Source of the DNA: Octopus vulgaris
Taxonomy: Eukaryota
DNA length: 64,000 bases
Direction of reading: 5' to 3'
NCBI GenBank assembly: GCA_951406725.2
Contig: OX597816.1
Coordinates: forward strand, 88,288,001 to 88,352,000
Below the pieces are notes generated by a model. That model had not been told where the DNA came from, searched no databases, and saw only the letters and a list, made by a program, of their open reading frames with translations. Shown piece after piece: positions 12,829-27,754 of the stretch. Numbering within the stretch: position 1 is the stretch's first letter; the number at the start of each line of letters is the position of its first letter. A program made the position numbers and the translations under genes.

Positions 12829-14091
12829 CTATATGCATACTCTATTGGCTTATTCGCCTCGTTTTCTCTTATTGCTCTCTCTTAAACATGTACTTTTTCT
12901 AATATTTTTCGGTAACGTCCACTTTATCGTCGCCCTTGAGACCAATACTTGGAATAATTATAATAAAATAGCAATGATAATAATAACAATTTTTTTCTTC
13001 ACCTCCTCCTCGTTTTCCTCATCTTTCTCTTTGTTATAACTTTTAATATTATTAATATTATTTAAATTTTGCTACTTTAATAAACTAATTAAATATTGTA
13101 TTTTTATACGCCATGTACATGTCTTTTAAGATTATTGAAGTCACGAAAATTTCCCTGATGCCATCGACACAAAATAACTAATATTTAATTTATTAAATTT
13201 AATTACATCATGTATTATCTTGAAGGCAGGAAATATATTGTGGCAAAGCACGATTTCATTTTTGTAAAAGTTTTGTTAGTAGTTAAATGAGGTAAACAAA
13301 AAAGGAAAAAGAAATCATAAAATATATAAATGCCTTCGTAAAACTTTCTGTATTCTTCATTTCAATTATTTTCTCTGCTTTATTTTTCTTTCATTCTTGA
13401 ACAATACGAGCGGGCCTGTGCCTTAAAGTGGTGCTGAGTCTATTCAGATATATATATATTCAGTTTCAGGTGAAATTTATTCAAATACATTTTCCATGTA
13501 ATTCTACCTTTTGATAGCCGTCATAATTTTTTTCTTCGCCTTTTTCTTCATCTTTATTGTTCTGGTTGAAAGCTGTGAAATATTTGAAATATGTATATAT
13601 TTAATAGAAACTACCATATCACTCTATTATATAATCGGCAATAGAGTTCTCGATGGATGGATGAGGTAAATATTCGATAGATTATGGCATATAATGTTTA
13701 ATGTGCAACCCATGTATTATAATTATTCATATTTTGGGGGGTAAAGATCAACTAGAAATTGAAGTAAGCTAATTAATTCTGTCAGTGGAATATATGTATT
13801 GGTACTGAATGAAATTTGAAATATTTATGAAATAAATGGAAAATTTATCAACGCATTACTATCACACCAGTAAAACATACACACAAAGACACACAGACAC
13901 ACACACAGATACAAACATATTGTCCATTGGACAGAAGCAAAAGAAACTCTCTAATTTAATCTTAGAAGCATTCGCCAGGAAGACGATAGACATGTTTCAA
14001 GCCTCTTTTGAGACACTCTTGTTTCCGTGTTAGATTTGTGCTTAGCTTATATCTTGTATCAATTATTTGCAAATTTTAGCCATTCTTTTGC

Positions 14092-14156
<65 letters not shown>

Positions 14157-14870
14157 CGCACGAGCGCACACGCACTTACACACACACACACATGTAGATT
14201 AAACTAAAGTAGCATTCGACTTGTGTTTGATAACAGTTTGACCATATTACTTAAAGTTTCGTAGACGCAGATATACGTCTATATTCTCGACTCACAATAA
14301 AAGGGGTTTAAAAATATCGTTTGTGGGTTGACAGTATTTGTACTTTCAATGGTCAGTTCTGTTTAATTGAATGTTTTGGCAAACTAGAGTCTTTCTTTAA
14401 AAAAAACCCATTTCATCAAATGATTAGTTTGGGGGTATAGTCTACCTGGGACTATGTTATCAAGGGGTGCAAGAATAGTCGAGATGGTCACATTTAGAAT
14501 GCAGGATGGTTGTGGTGGGAATGCTTAAAAAAGGTACTAAATGATTGCAGTTAATTTTGAAAATGAATTGTGTTGCTTTTAAATCAGACAGGATGCTCAT
14601 GGCTGGAATACTTTCCACAGACCATTTTTACCTTGTTTATTTCAAGTTTGTGTGGATGGATGGAGTGAGGAAAGCTTTGGTAGTTAGAGGTAAGAGAGTT
14701 TATAAATGGTAGGAAAGCTTTGATTTACGTAAGCTCTATCTAGTGCTCACGTATAACTTCCTTATAATTCTTTGTCCGATACATGTAGGCAACCACAGCG
14801 GTATGTTATACCTGTATCACAGAACTTTACCTACAGCCAACGTTTTAAACGTCCACTATGATTAATCTAA

Positions 14871-15263
14871 TCTCTCTATATATAAAGCTGAAGTTGTCTA
14901 TGTATGGCATGTTTGGTAGCCTTCAACTAACACTATCTCCTCCGAGACTCTGCGGCGAAAGTTGACTAAAATTAATAGTATGATAGAAGAAGGCTTGCTC
15001 TTCCTTCCGTAGAAGAACACATTCAAATTGGACCATGTTAACACCAAAAATTATTTACATGAAAAAGTTGCTTTTTTTCTATGAAAATCCCTATTTTTTA
15101 CGATTTTTTGACTGCTGTGTCGCCATTTTTCGGTGTATTTCAAGTAGAGAAATGTTCACTTAAAGAGAATAACAAGCTACATTATGCAAAATTTTTTACT
15201 TTTCAAAAATTCCAATTGTAAAGGGCCGAAACAATCTCGAGCAACGCCGGACGATACTGTTAG
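14871..15263 (+). mobile_element. Non-autonomous Helitron
   Basis: 5' A|TCTCTCTATATATAAAG; 3' subterminal GC-rich hairpin remnant (CTCGAGCAACGCCGGAC) then (C>T)TAG|T. No TSD; inserted between A and T. Confidence 0.7.
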
Positions 15264-16519
15264 TTTATTATAAAGTTCATGTTGGACGATTTCGCTCTGC
15301 ACTTCAGATTTACCGCCTTTTCTTATCAGTGCAATGAATCACAATATAACTTTATTAATCCGAAATTAATTCAACATATATGAAATTGATTGATTTGTCA
15401 CCAACAGAAACCAAATTTATCGTAAAAAACACCTTAATGTTCTAAAGATATTACTATTTGATAGTAGAATGAATAAATAGATATATCATAAATATAGAAT
15501 AGCCCCTCACCTCAAAAACAGACAGAAGACAGAACTGTCATGAAAGACATCTTGGAAAAATAGGTCCATTTAATCATGGCTGATTTGGACACAAACGACT
15601 AAGAAACCATCTATAAGAATGAAAACAATAACAAGAGCAACATATCTAAGATCCTACTGGTGAAGGATGCGACCGTGCATACACGTGCAGGCCCGGGCAA
15701 GCTCTTTTGAAGAGGCCTAAAAGTTGCTCATATATGCAAATCTCCCCTCTCCAAACCACAGATATTCATCATTGGAAAGGCCGTTAAAATAAGTCAATAA
15801 TTTGTCATTAATGTCACTACTGGTATTGCTACCAAAACACAAAGAGCCAGAACAAATACCTCAACGTATTCCAATAATGGACTGCAGGAGCTTTGTCTAA
15901 AGGTTCTGCCACTGGACTGTCCTGCACGATAATTTTCTTTTACTTGTCCCTAAGGAATGAAAAACAAAGCTGACCTTGGAGGAGGTATTACTAAAATTTG
16001 AGTGCAGACAGTATGAAGTAATACTGGGAAGCATTCTATCATTTTCAAACCTTCATTTGTGAATCATATAGATACGAGCATATTTCATCATGCATTACCT
16101 GATCGAATTATTGTCATTGGTTTCAAACGCTTTCAGCAGATCACAACAGGATTCAGCCTATCTTTCCATTAACTTGGGTGTCAATATCCGAGATATACAC
16201 ATTACACATACCTCCGACACCGAAAGTTTTCCACCATGTTCTGTAAAGCATTGCGGTCACAGTTTAGTTGTGCAGCATTCTCACAGATTATGACTCGTCC
16301 CTCTGCAGGAATCGATTCGCCCACCCACTATGAGAAACGCGTTCGTCTGTATGTACCTTTCTATACTGCTTTTGTAATGTCTCCAAAAATCACCACGCGC
16401 ACGTTGCTAAAACATATTTACACTCGCGAGGGTAACAACCTTATATTTGCTTTTTGGGATTCAGTTTGTGTGAATTTTGTTGAACGCTCTACCTCTTCAC
16501 CAAGCAAAGCTGGCAACGC

Positions 16520-17110
16520 CTACTTCCACTAAATTATGGTTCAGGTCTTCCGACAACTTGTAGTTGATTCCTCTTTGATTTGCCACATATATCTGGTTAA
16601 CGTTGAAACAGTTTGTCTCTCTTTGATTCTTTAAGATATTATTTAGCCAGACCTTAACGGGACACCGCGTTGCTTCGACACATTTCTCTATGTGTTTCGC
16701 TCCGTTGTAATGGAACGATACCAACTTTACTTCGGAGACCAAGGCTTCTGTTTTGTATAGACCATTCGACTCGGGGTCTTGGGATGCTAACTAATATTTT
16801 TGGTACGTGTCCTTTAAGTCATATTTATGGAATGTTTTACTATACCTAGAATGCTTTGTAAAATGCTTATCCACCAATCTAAGGAAGGCCCTTCTCACGC
16901 AGTTTTTCACGCAGTAGTGGGGGTGACCAGAGCATTTTCCGACTGTGTCTTCTCTTGTGGGTGCTAGGATTGGGCATATATATGATGCGGTCTTTAAAGC
17001 CGCAAGCTGTCTCAGCCTCCTTGTAATATAGGCCCACTGCGTTAAAAGCATCTTTATATGAAGATTGGTTAAAAATTTGGCAGCAAAACCCATTACAAGA
17101 ACCAGATAGC
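16520..17110 (-). mobile_element. Penelope-like retroelement fragment (RT thumb/linker and GIY-YIG), decayed
   Basis: Frames give AFNAVGLYYKEA..CGFKDRIIY, MLWSPP (cf. WFNPP), RAFLRLVDKHFTKHSRYSKTF, LYKTEA and TLTRYMWQIK, all PLE ORF motifs. Confidence 0.7.
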
Positions 17111-17369
17111 AGGATGTACAACAAATTCTTATTTGATTATCTACATGTACATAATTGCATGTACAGTGATTCTGCATACAGTTGGACATACATTTCACTC
17201 TATTAGTTTTTACTTTTACTAGTTTCAGCCAGAAGATACGGCCATGCTGGACCACGTCTTTAATGCGACTGGCTTTTATTTCACACGCCCTTTCAGGAAT
17301 TTTCAACGAAAATCTTTCTTTTGAAGTGCGTGTTGGTCAGAGCTACTCTTCTTTATGTTATCTGCCGCG

Positions 17370-18330
17370 ATTTGGGTTCATCTGTTTCTCAGATAAAACA
17401 TTGTTGACATATTCTTTGAAAATATTCACATTTACACCTCTCAGATCTCTAAATGTTAAAAGTTGTGGGAATTTGAGACTTAAGCTGATATAATATTGGG
17501 TCATTACTCTACGTAGAAATGACAGGATTTTCATAGTAAGTAGTGTCTTCCAGTTCAGTAATTGGTATTGCGTTCCCATCCAAAAGAGAACTACACCTTC
17601 TAGGATCTTCCACATATATATCACTGCATATCTTTCACATCTCTCTTGAGAGTAGTGCTTCTGTTCGTTTAATCTCACAGAGTTGCTCATTTGTTTCATC
17701 GAATTAATTTTGTTTGTGCAGTGACGTCGGGTTTTCTTGATCAACCCTGTCGAAGGCCATGGCAAAACCGAGATATATCACATCATCATTTGAGTGGTTT
17801 AGCTGCTTCAGTACCCAATCAAAATGCCTTAGCAGTTGAGTGAGGCAACTCTTCCAGGGATTTTCTTCCAGGGATTCCTGTTTTGTTTGAGAGCAGGGCT
17901 GTTTAACCTAAGAACGTGATCAAACTCCTTTTGACAATGCGTTCCATGACTTTGGTGAGATGTGAGGCCAGAAAGGTCGGTCTGTAATGCTTAGCATTTG
18001 CAATGTGTCATCCTTTATGGACAGAGCATATTATACCTTTATCTAGAATTTTGTGAAGGAAACCCTGAAAGAGCATTTGCCGTGATTTTGCGAGAGCTTT
18101 CCATCTGGGCACATTGCAAAGTTCATCTCATTAATTGTTGATATTACATCGTCGTCCTTTATGTCGATGTAATCGATGGCTATTCCTTCCTTGTGTAGAT
18201 CTGCGATGTTGAAGAACACATGAGGACTTGCGTATTTGCATATCCTTGAGTGGGGAAGTAAAAGCAATTTGGAATTGTCCATTTAGTTTTTCACTTACGC
18301 TCACCGGATCTGCAGTCAGTGAAACGATTT
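17370..18330 (-). mobile_element. CR1-like LINE RT fragment, heavily decayed
   Basis: RLNEQKHYSQERCERYAVIYMWKILEG (cf. RLKALKLYSLQRRRERYII), DVIY.GFAMAFDRVD and SCLTQLL; same type as 27755-29995. Confidence 0.75.
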
Positions 18331-19238
18331 CTTCATACTGAAGGTCTTATTTTAAAACTCACTAAACCAGATTTATTTGCAAATTTGTAGAAATCTTCTT
18401 GAGGTGGGATTTCTAGCTTTTTTCAAACGAATGATGTATTACATAATTTGGAGGAACATATGGGCTAAACATTCCAAGGAAACAAACCTCATTTATTTGA
18501 AAGCCTTTAATCATGCAAAATGAATACTATTTGTAAGGAATTAAATTTAGTTTAATGTAATACATTATAGCATAATTCGGAACGACTAAAATTATACGGA
18601 TAATCTTCTCGAAGACCAGCTTAAGGTTTATAACTAACCCCATACACGCATATGTATGTGTAAGCGTAATATGCATGTATATATATCACAAAATATATTA
18701 ATGATTGCATATACGATATCATATGAATTAAACGAAGAATCAACCCCAGTTTTGGACTGGTACGTTAATTATAGACAACAAAATAATAAAAGTTTCTCTG
18801 ACGTCCAACCGATTTCACAGTCAACGACGTGTGCATTTATATGCGTATATGTATGTATATATGTATGCATGTATTACATAAACACGTATACAAGTGTGTG
18901 TATATGTATATAGGTGAATGTACATATGACTATATATATATATATTATAAATATATATATGCTGATATGTCAGACCACAAGTCTATTATTGAATTCATTT
19001 CTATCTATCTATCAATTTATCTACCTATCTATCTATTTACTTCCTTCTTTCTATATAGCTATTGATATACCTGCGTATTTATCTTGATGTTTTGACACAT
19101 GCGTACGAAAACACACTGATATATACTTATGTACATATACTATACAAATACATCCATACATCCTTATCTGCGCACACATATCTCTCTTATTGAATATATA
19201 TATATATATATTTATATTATATGTTATATTTATGTAAA

Positions 19239-19274
<36 letters not shown>

Positions 19275-19304
19275 GTATAAATTATTATGTATATATACAC
19301 ATAC

Positions 19305-19343
<39 letters not shown>

Positions 19344-19774
19344 AACACACATATCTTGCTATCTAACCCAACACCTATGATAAATGAATTAAGAATTAAC
19401 TTTTGATTACTTTATGGAACTATTCATCAAATATATCATTTTTCATTTCTTATTTTTAGCGGTCCCTCTCCCCCACTCTCTCATCTGTCTCTTTCTTACT
19501 ATCTCACCCACCTGGACGTCTCTTCCCATCTTTCAGTCTTTGTTATTTTCTACCATATTTTTTTAACACGCTTCAACCGCCATATTATATTTCAAGTAAT
19601 TTATTCATTAAACTTTCTGATCTCACCATCAGATAGAAGTGAAGTCCAGAATAATTCATAATAATCGCACACATACACGAAAACACGGACAATCACACAA
19701 ATGCATATATTTGCGCACACGCACACACATACACAGACTTACATGTATGTATGTATATTATATATATATATATA

Positions 19775-19825
<51 letters not shown>

Positions 19826-20161
19826 ATTTGCATAATAAAGTAATAAATAAGTATAATACAACATGAGAATAAACCGAAGAGATTTAAAAAATAATGACGT
19901 GGAAATTGGGAAAATATTCTCGAATTGTAAATATACATACATTGGTACGCACACAAATACGTCAATGCATATATGTGTGTGTGTATTATATATATATATA
20001 TATATATATATACGCTTATATATATACAGAAATATATATACATATGTATGAATATTCATTACATATATATCTGCATATGCGCGTGGGTGCATGCACGCGC
20101 GCGCGTGTTCATATATTGTTATGTATATTATTACTTCGTATGCTATACACCTAACAATTGT

Positions 20162-20204
<43 letters not shown>

Positions 20205-20239
20205 ATCTATATATTTTTGTTTCTCTGCTTATATATATA

Positions 20240-20367
<128 letters not shown>

Positions 20368-21503
20368 CTGTAGTTCATTCTAAAGAAAAGCATTACACAC
20401 GCCCAAACACACACACTCAGACACACGTCTCACACGAACACATATATTATAATATAATATAACACATATATTAGATATAGATATAACTATATGTATACAT
20501 ATATAGATATATATATATATAATATACGTGTGTGAGTGCGCACGCGCCCGCATATAAATAAGCCTTGCCTTTCACTGTAGACTATCCATCATCTTCAAAC
20601 AAATCTTTTTTTTTTCAAAATTTCGCGTCATATTTTATTTCCATTTTTTTAAAGCTATTATAAATCTTTCATTTCACATTTCTTGTTTTCCTTCTTCCTT
20701 ACTTTCACTCTTTCGCTCTATCTTCGTTTTGTTTTGTTATCTTTATATCCAATATTTATTTTCACTTATATATAATTTGAAGTGATTAAAAAACTTCCTC
20801 AGATTTCTTATGAATGCACCATGTCTTTTGATAATGTCATATATACATGTATGTATTATGTTGTAGATGGTAGTGTCATCGGCTTTCAATGTTTTGATAG
20901 TTATTTTTGTTGTATGTGAGGTAGTTTCTCTCCAGTTCTTTGCGTTCAGGTTGTTATTAACGCTGATAGTGATTTATTTGATGGCGATATTGTTGGTATA
21001 TTTCCCAGATGGTGTTGTTTTTTCTTTTGTATAATATTCTTATTCATTTTTTTTTTTAATATTAATATCTATTGATATGTTTTGCTTTCCTTGAAGTTTA
21101 ATTAAGTTTTGTTAAAACTGTAGAAAAATAAATAAATTTTAAGAAGAATCAACGGAAACTGGAAATGAAAATAATGAAAATTAGAAAACAACGAACATTT
21201 TTGAATTCCTTTTCATTTGGTGAAGTTTGAAAGTGAGAAATAGATTTCCTCTGACGTTTACAATTCATGTTCAGAGTGAGAAAAGTAAGCGAAAGTTCTC
21301 CAGTGTCGAAATATTAAACGGAGATTCTTTACAAATTCAAATCATATATACAGCAAAAACACCATATATATATATATATGTACAGTTAATTCAAAAAACA
21401 CAGAGTAAAAATAAACAAACGTGGGAACGTAACAAAAGCAATATATTAGTATGATTTTCGTATATATGTATGTGTGTGTATGTATGTATACGGGTATGTA
21501 TGC

Positions 21504-21575
<72 letters not shown>

Positions 21576-21644
21576 CTCCTTCTATCTGTATGTACATATA
21601 TAATGTATGTGTATATATATATAATGTATGTGTATATATATAAT

Positions 21645-21696
<52 letters not shown>

Positions 21697-21742
21697 ATGT
21701 ATATATGTATATGTGAGTGTATGTGTGTGTGTATGTGTGTGA

Positions 21743-22071
21743 AGGCGCATGGCTCAGTGGTTAGAGCGTCGAGCTTACGATCGTGAGGTTGTGAGTTCGA
21801 TTCCCGGACTGTGCTGCGTGTTGTGTTCTTGAACAAAACACTGTGTTTTACGTTGCTCCAGTTAACTCAGCTGTAGAAATGAGTTTCGACATCACTGGTG
21901 CTAAGCTGTATCGGCCCTTGCCTTTCCCTTGGATAACATTAGTGGTGTGGAGGGGGGAGGCTGGTGTGCATGGGCGACTGCTGGCCTTCCACAAACAACC
22001 CTGCCCCGACTTATGCCTGGGAGGCTAGCTTTCTAGGTGCAATCCCAGGGTCATACATGACCGAAGGGAAT
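21743..22071 (+). mobile_element. tRNA-derived SINE (family C, V-domain-like core)
   Basis: Head GGCGCATGGCTCAGTGGTTAGAGCGTCG...GAGTTCGATTCCC; core GTTGTGTTCTTGAACAAAACACT...CTCAGCTGTAGAAATGAGT. Confidence 0.8.
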
Positions 22072-22127
22072 ATGCTTCAATACACGAACTCACATAAAAA
22101 ATCTGGCAAAACAAATCCCAAAACGAA

Positions 22128-22180
<53 letters not shown>

Positions 22181-23399
22181 CACCTCAAGTATGTATGCTT
22201 CTATGTATGTAGCATGCATGAAGAGATACATGTTCTATTGTTAAGACAGATGATTATTGAAATCGCTGCAGGAAGAAAAGCTTTGGGCCACCCAGATTCT
22301 GAACTCAGAGAAATCCATAGCCACCCAATATGGTTTAGTTTCTCTTTCATAGCACTTTAAATAAATGCAGATATGTCACCATAGGCATCCCTTGTACAGA
22401 GTGTAGAAGTATCATACCATTGCCTCTCTTTGCTCGCTGTATATAATACAGTATAGCATATATTAATGGAAAATATAGACTGAGTCGACCAGGGTCCGAT
22501 TAATCAAAGATCTCGCTTCCCAAATTGCAGCGGTAAAAAGGTTCACTAGAATGTAAGGAAATAGACCTATATCTAGTCAGGTGAAATAACAGATTATTAC
22601 AAAACACAAACATCCATATTGTGGCTCTTTATTCAGACCAGCAATGTTGTGATATGGGGCACATATGTTTTGGAAGTGGGAATAAAGACACGATGTACAT
22701 CGGGAGATATCTAAATTTATAATACACACACACACACACACATATTTACAGACATAGAAAATATTTGTGAAGATATTATTGACTCTGTTATTATCCAGTG
22801 TAACAATTATAAATGATAATAATATAATCAATAATGTAAGCAATTGCAGACCCAAAAAGCAAACATATACACACACGCACATACATTCACACACATATAC
22901 ACACATACACACACACACATATATATATTTGATGTATATGTATACATATACACACACGCACATACATTCACACACAGATACACACATACACACACATACA
23001 CACACACATACATATATATTTGATGTATATGTATACATATACACACACGCACATACATTCACACACAGATACACACATACACACACACATACACACATAT
23101 ATAAAGTATAAGGGATTAAGAATCCAGAGGAAACATGCTTTAACGCGTCAATGAAGAGAATTAAACCAGGTCTACAACATTGGCCAGTGAAAGATGAAGA
23201 AATCCAGATAATCCGTCCCTAAGAAACACTCACATTTATGCTTATATATATATGCGTGTGTGAGTGCATGTGTGTGTGCGCGCGTGTGTGTATGTGTGTG
23301 TGTCCATGCATGCGTGTGTGTCTGTGCCTGCGTATGTTAGTGTATGTGTCTACAGTAATCAACATTGGGGATGCAAAAATGTAGCTCCCTAATGCAGTG

Positions 23400-24260
23400 T
23401 GCCTCACAGAGACAAATGCATTGTTATGAACGATTTCACAATCCATGTACGTGAGCTGTGGTATAAATTAGAATCTTGTCACTTTATGCGTCTTTCAAAG
23501 TCTCATCATTATCAACAGCATGTTGAAACTGAAGACAGAACGCTAAGGGACCAGAAAGCATCTACCCTTGAAGCACTGGTATTTGTAGACTAGTGCTAGC
23601 CAGGTAGCAGAGTAAGGATGATGAACATATTACATGTACTGTGCAGTCCAAAAAAGGCTTTGCTCAAAGACAGCCTTCACAGATAGAGTAGGGTCAGATC
23701 TTTTACGTCCGTTTAGCTGGTTACAGTCCAATAAGAAACAGAATTATACTGTTGGACATGTTTCACCCTATTACTTTTTAACTTCCCACTATTTCATCGA
23801 TATCTCTGAAAAGAGTATCGACCAGGAACTGGAATAGTGGGAAACACACGCAAAAGAACATGAAGTATATGTGTATGATGGTCTTTGTTTCGCACCACAG
23901 TGCTAAGAATAAACGTGTCTAGTAAGCTAAAAAGGAAACACCAAGACTGATTTGATTGTGGGCATAACAAATCACACTGCGAGAGCAACGTAGACGTGTT
24001 CGTTAGGATTATTTGAAACAAATCCTGTCACTTGGATATAGATCAGCAACATCGTGATCCTATTAAAAGCAAAGATCTTTAACATGGAAAATACACTCGT
24101 ACAGATAAACTTTCACTGGTTCTGACACGTCCGAAAATAAAGAAAGTTTGGTTACCAAGACAAATTGTCTACTCAGAGGCGGTTAGTGGTACGAGGGGCT
24201 TAGTATACACCGAATATAATAAAAGGCCATCTTCAAGCTCTGACAGATACAGCTGAACCA
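23400..24260 (+). mobile_element. RTE-clade LINE remnants
   Basis: DKCIVMNDFTIHV (cf. GDFNAHV, APE domain) and 3' ...FHW.*HVRK...LPRQIVYSE..SGTRG (cf. LRWxGHVxRM...LPKQILYSEL). Confidence 0.5.
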
Positions 24261-24417
24261 TAACAGGTCCATAATCTTCAATGAAACGAATACTCACTGC
24301 GTAGCATTGAAACCTCTAACAACTACCATAAATATTTTCTCAAAGACATCTATTGAGTCCGTTTTCATTGATACATTTTTTCTCTCTTTTTCTCTCCCAT
24401 TACAGCTCTCTCTCTCT

Positions 24418-24455
<38 letters not shown>

Positions 24456-24521
24456 TGCACAAAGATGCACAAAAACACACACGCACGCACACACACATAG
24501 ATACACACGCGGGTATATTAT

Positions 24522-25092
24522 AGGCCCGAAATTTTAGGGGAGGGGGCCAGTCGATTAGATCGACCCCAGTACACAACTAGTACTTAATTTATCGACCCCG
24601 AAAGTTTGAAAGATAAAGACGACCTCGGTGGAATCTGAACTTAGAACTTAAGGACAGACGAAATACCTATTTATTTACTGCCCACAAGGGGCTACACACA
24701 GAGGGGACAAACAAGGACAGACAAACGGATTAAGTCGAATATATCGACCCCAGTACGTAACTGGTACTTATTTAATCGACCCCGAAAGGATGAAAGGCAA
24801 AGTCGGCCTCGCGGAATTTGAACTCGGAACGTAGCAGCAGACGAAATACCGCTAAGCATTTCGCCTGGCGTGCTAACGTTTCTTATTTCTTTATTACCCA
24901 CAAGGGGCTATACATAGCGGGGACAAACAAGGACAGACAAGGGGATTAAGTCGATAGCATCAACCGCAGTGCGTAACTGGTACTTATCTAATCTAAAGGA
25001 TGAAAGGCAAAGTCGACCTTGTCGGAATTTGAACTCACAACGTAACGGCAGACGAAATACCGCTAAGCATTTTGCCAGCTCACCGCCTTACG
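24522..25092 (-). mobile_element. Three tandem/nested SINE copies (family D, 'ATCGACCCCGAAAGGATGAAAGGCAAAGTCGACC' core)
   Basis: A ~215-bp unit is repeated (24666-24880, 24881-25092) with a third partial copy at 24522-24665. The B-box appears as GGAATTTGAACTC on + (GAGTTCAAATTCC on -). Confidence 0.8.
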
Positions 25093-25164
25093 GGAATATT
25101 ATATTATGTTATATATATATATATATATATAAATGTAGTATTCATACGCAGATATATACAAATA

Positions 25165-25397
25165 TTGGTTTCAAGTTTTGGCACAAGGCCAGCAATTTTC
25201 GTTAAGCGGGTAAGTCGATTACATCGACCCTAGTGCTTGGATGATAGGCAAGTGGACCTCGGCGGAATTTGAACTCAGATGGTAAAGACGAGTGGAATGC
25301 GGGTAAGCATTTTGTCTGGCATGCGGGTAAGCATTTTGTCTGGCATGCGGGTAAGCATTTTGTCTGGCATGCTAACGATTCTATCAGTTCGCTACCT
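25165..25397 (-). mobile_element. SINE family D variant with internal 24-bp triplication
   Basis: GGCACAAGGCCAGCAATTTT...GTCGATTACATCGACCC...GGAATTTGAACTCAG; ATGCGGGTAAGCATTTTGTCTGGC occurs three times at 25297-25368. Confidence 0.75.
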
Positions 25398-25546
25398 TGT
25401 GTATATGAAAACGATATATTCTAACAAGATACCTTTCTTGAGATTGTCATCTCAAAGTCAGTGTTATACTCTAGTTAAATGGATTGAGCGATTTTTGAAA
25501 GAATATAGGCGTGTTTTATATATAACTATAATTAACAAATGCATTA

Positions 25547-25627
<81 letters not shown>

Positions 25628-26656
25628 AAAATGTCTACATCTGTTTTGAGCAAGCGCCTGTAGATCAAACGGGGAACGGTACTTTCTATGGGGTCTTGCA
25701 ATTTATTCCTAACAATTTATTCCTAACGGATTGTTTTGTTAAAGACACATAATGCAAAATGCTTCAGCGGACCTTCAGACGTCGGTGTTTTGCTTCTTCC
25801 TAACTGTGATCATACGTGGATGTATCCGTCATTTTCTTTATCGCTTTTAGTCGATAACCTATTAGAGTTACACAAAAGATTTCACTGTACATATAATATT
25901 TTGTTTATTTTCGGATACAATTATAGTACTAAATTTATTTTAATGATATGTTCAAAATATATTGGCATACAAGCACTAATCTATCAAGAAATCGTTACCT
26001 AATAGGCAAAATAAATACATAAATAAACGGAAGAATAAACAAACTTATAATGATCCATCATATGATAGTTTATTTCAGTTAGAAGTCATTATCGAGGTAA
26101 GATAAGAAGAATGCATTTGCTACATTTCAGAACAGAAATAAACAAATAATCTTTTTCTTTAATATAATTTATTATTTAAATTACTGAATAGAAAATATAA
26201 AAAAGAACGTAAATTCAGTTACTGGATGATATGAATATCGCTTTCTACTTTCCAGCTTTGCGTTGATAGATGTCATGTTCTCTGCCATTTTGTTATAAAT
26301 AACTTATGGAATTCTTATAGAATTAAATTAAATTGAATTAAATTAAATTAAGTTAAATGTATTGTCATTGTGTATTTTACAAGACATGATGTATGGCTTA
26401 CAATACATCAGATAGGAAAATTGTATAAGAAACCATACAGAATATAAATTAATAATTTTTGTTCTTACAAAAAAGTTTCGTCTTACTACTGTAAATAGAG
26501 TTTTGTGTTAAAAAGTAAATTCACTGCAACCATTGGCTGAAATTATTTAATTGAGCGATTGAGAGTGTGTATTTGTGCGTGTGTGTGTGTGTGTGCGTGG
26601 ATGAATTATGCTTATAAAATTTCTTTTCTTGTCTGTGACCATTCAACAATTGTGTC

Positions 26657-26703
<47 letters not shown>

Positions 26704-27351
26704 TACACACACATACATATGTGTGTGTGTGTATGTGTGCATGTACTCACTTATATATGCAAAGAAAACACGTAGTTATGCGCCTTCCTATCAGGTGTCC
26801 TAGGGGAGACACTTTGAAGGCTATATCCAGCCCAAAATATTCGGCCCGTTTCATGCTCAAACTGATCACATCCAGCCACTCACACCTACTCTACAATGTC
26901 ATTCTAAAAATAAACGACCACATCATTGGAGTCTCAAAGCTGTGAGATGATAAATGATTAATTCAAACCGATATGAATAAATAAGCATTACATTTGACAG
27001 AATAATCTGTATGTCAAAGAATTAAGTTAATGTGAGATTGAATCGCAAAACGAAAAGAGAAGATACCGAATACTCAATATATTTTTACACATTATAAAGA
27101 CCATAAAATGGTCGGTCATTCGTAAGCGTATATAGCTACATTTACACACACACACATATATTCTTCTATAACTTGTATATCATTGTGCGTATATATATGT
27201 ACATGTGTACACACACACAAGCACATGCAGTTATCTATACTATATATAGTTATGGTGATGCAAACAGGAAAATAGAACTCACACCATAAGTATATATGTA
27301 CGTTTTGCATTAATAACTGGTAGACGCCTAGAGTGAGTTAAGGGCCGAGAG

Positions 27352-27416
<65 letters not shown>

Positions 27417-27539
27417 TACATACATATACATATATATACATATATATATATATACGTATATATGTATGTATCTATGTTTGTATATATAGATACATATATA
27501 TATATATATGTATATGTATCTATGTATGTATATATAGAT

Positions 27540-27589
<50 letters not shown>

Positions 27590-27680
27590 TGTAAATGCGT
27601 ATTTATATACAGATATATATATATATATATATATGTATCTATGTATGTATATATAGATACACACACACACACACACACAC

Positions 27681-27726
<46 letters not shown>

Positions 27727-27754
27727 AATGTATATTTATATACATATGTATATA

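Noticed and set aside
25297-25368. Regularly spaced 24-bp repeats (and the 15-bp array at 39497) as a CRISPR-like array
   Set aside because: Head-to-tail tandem repeats without unique spacers, in a eukaryotic repeat context with no cas genes.
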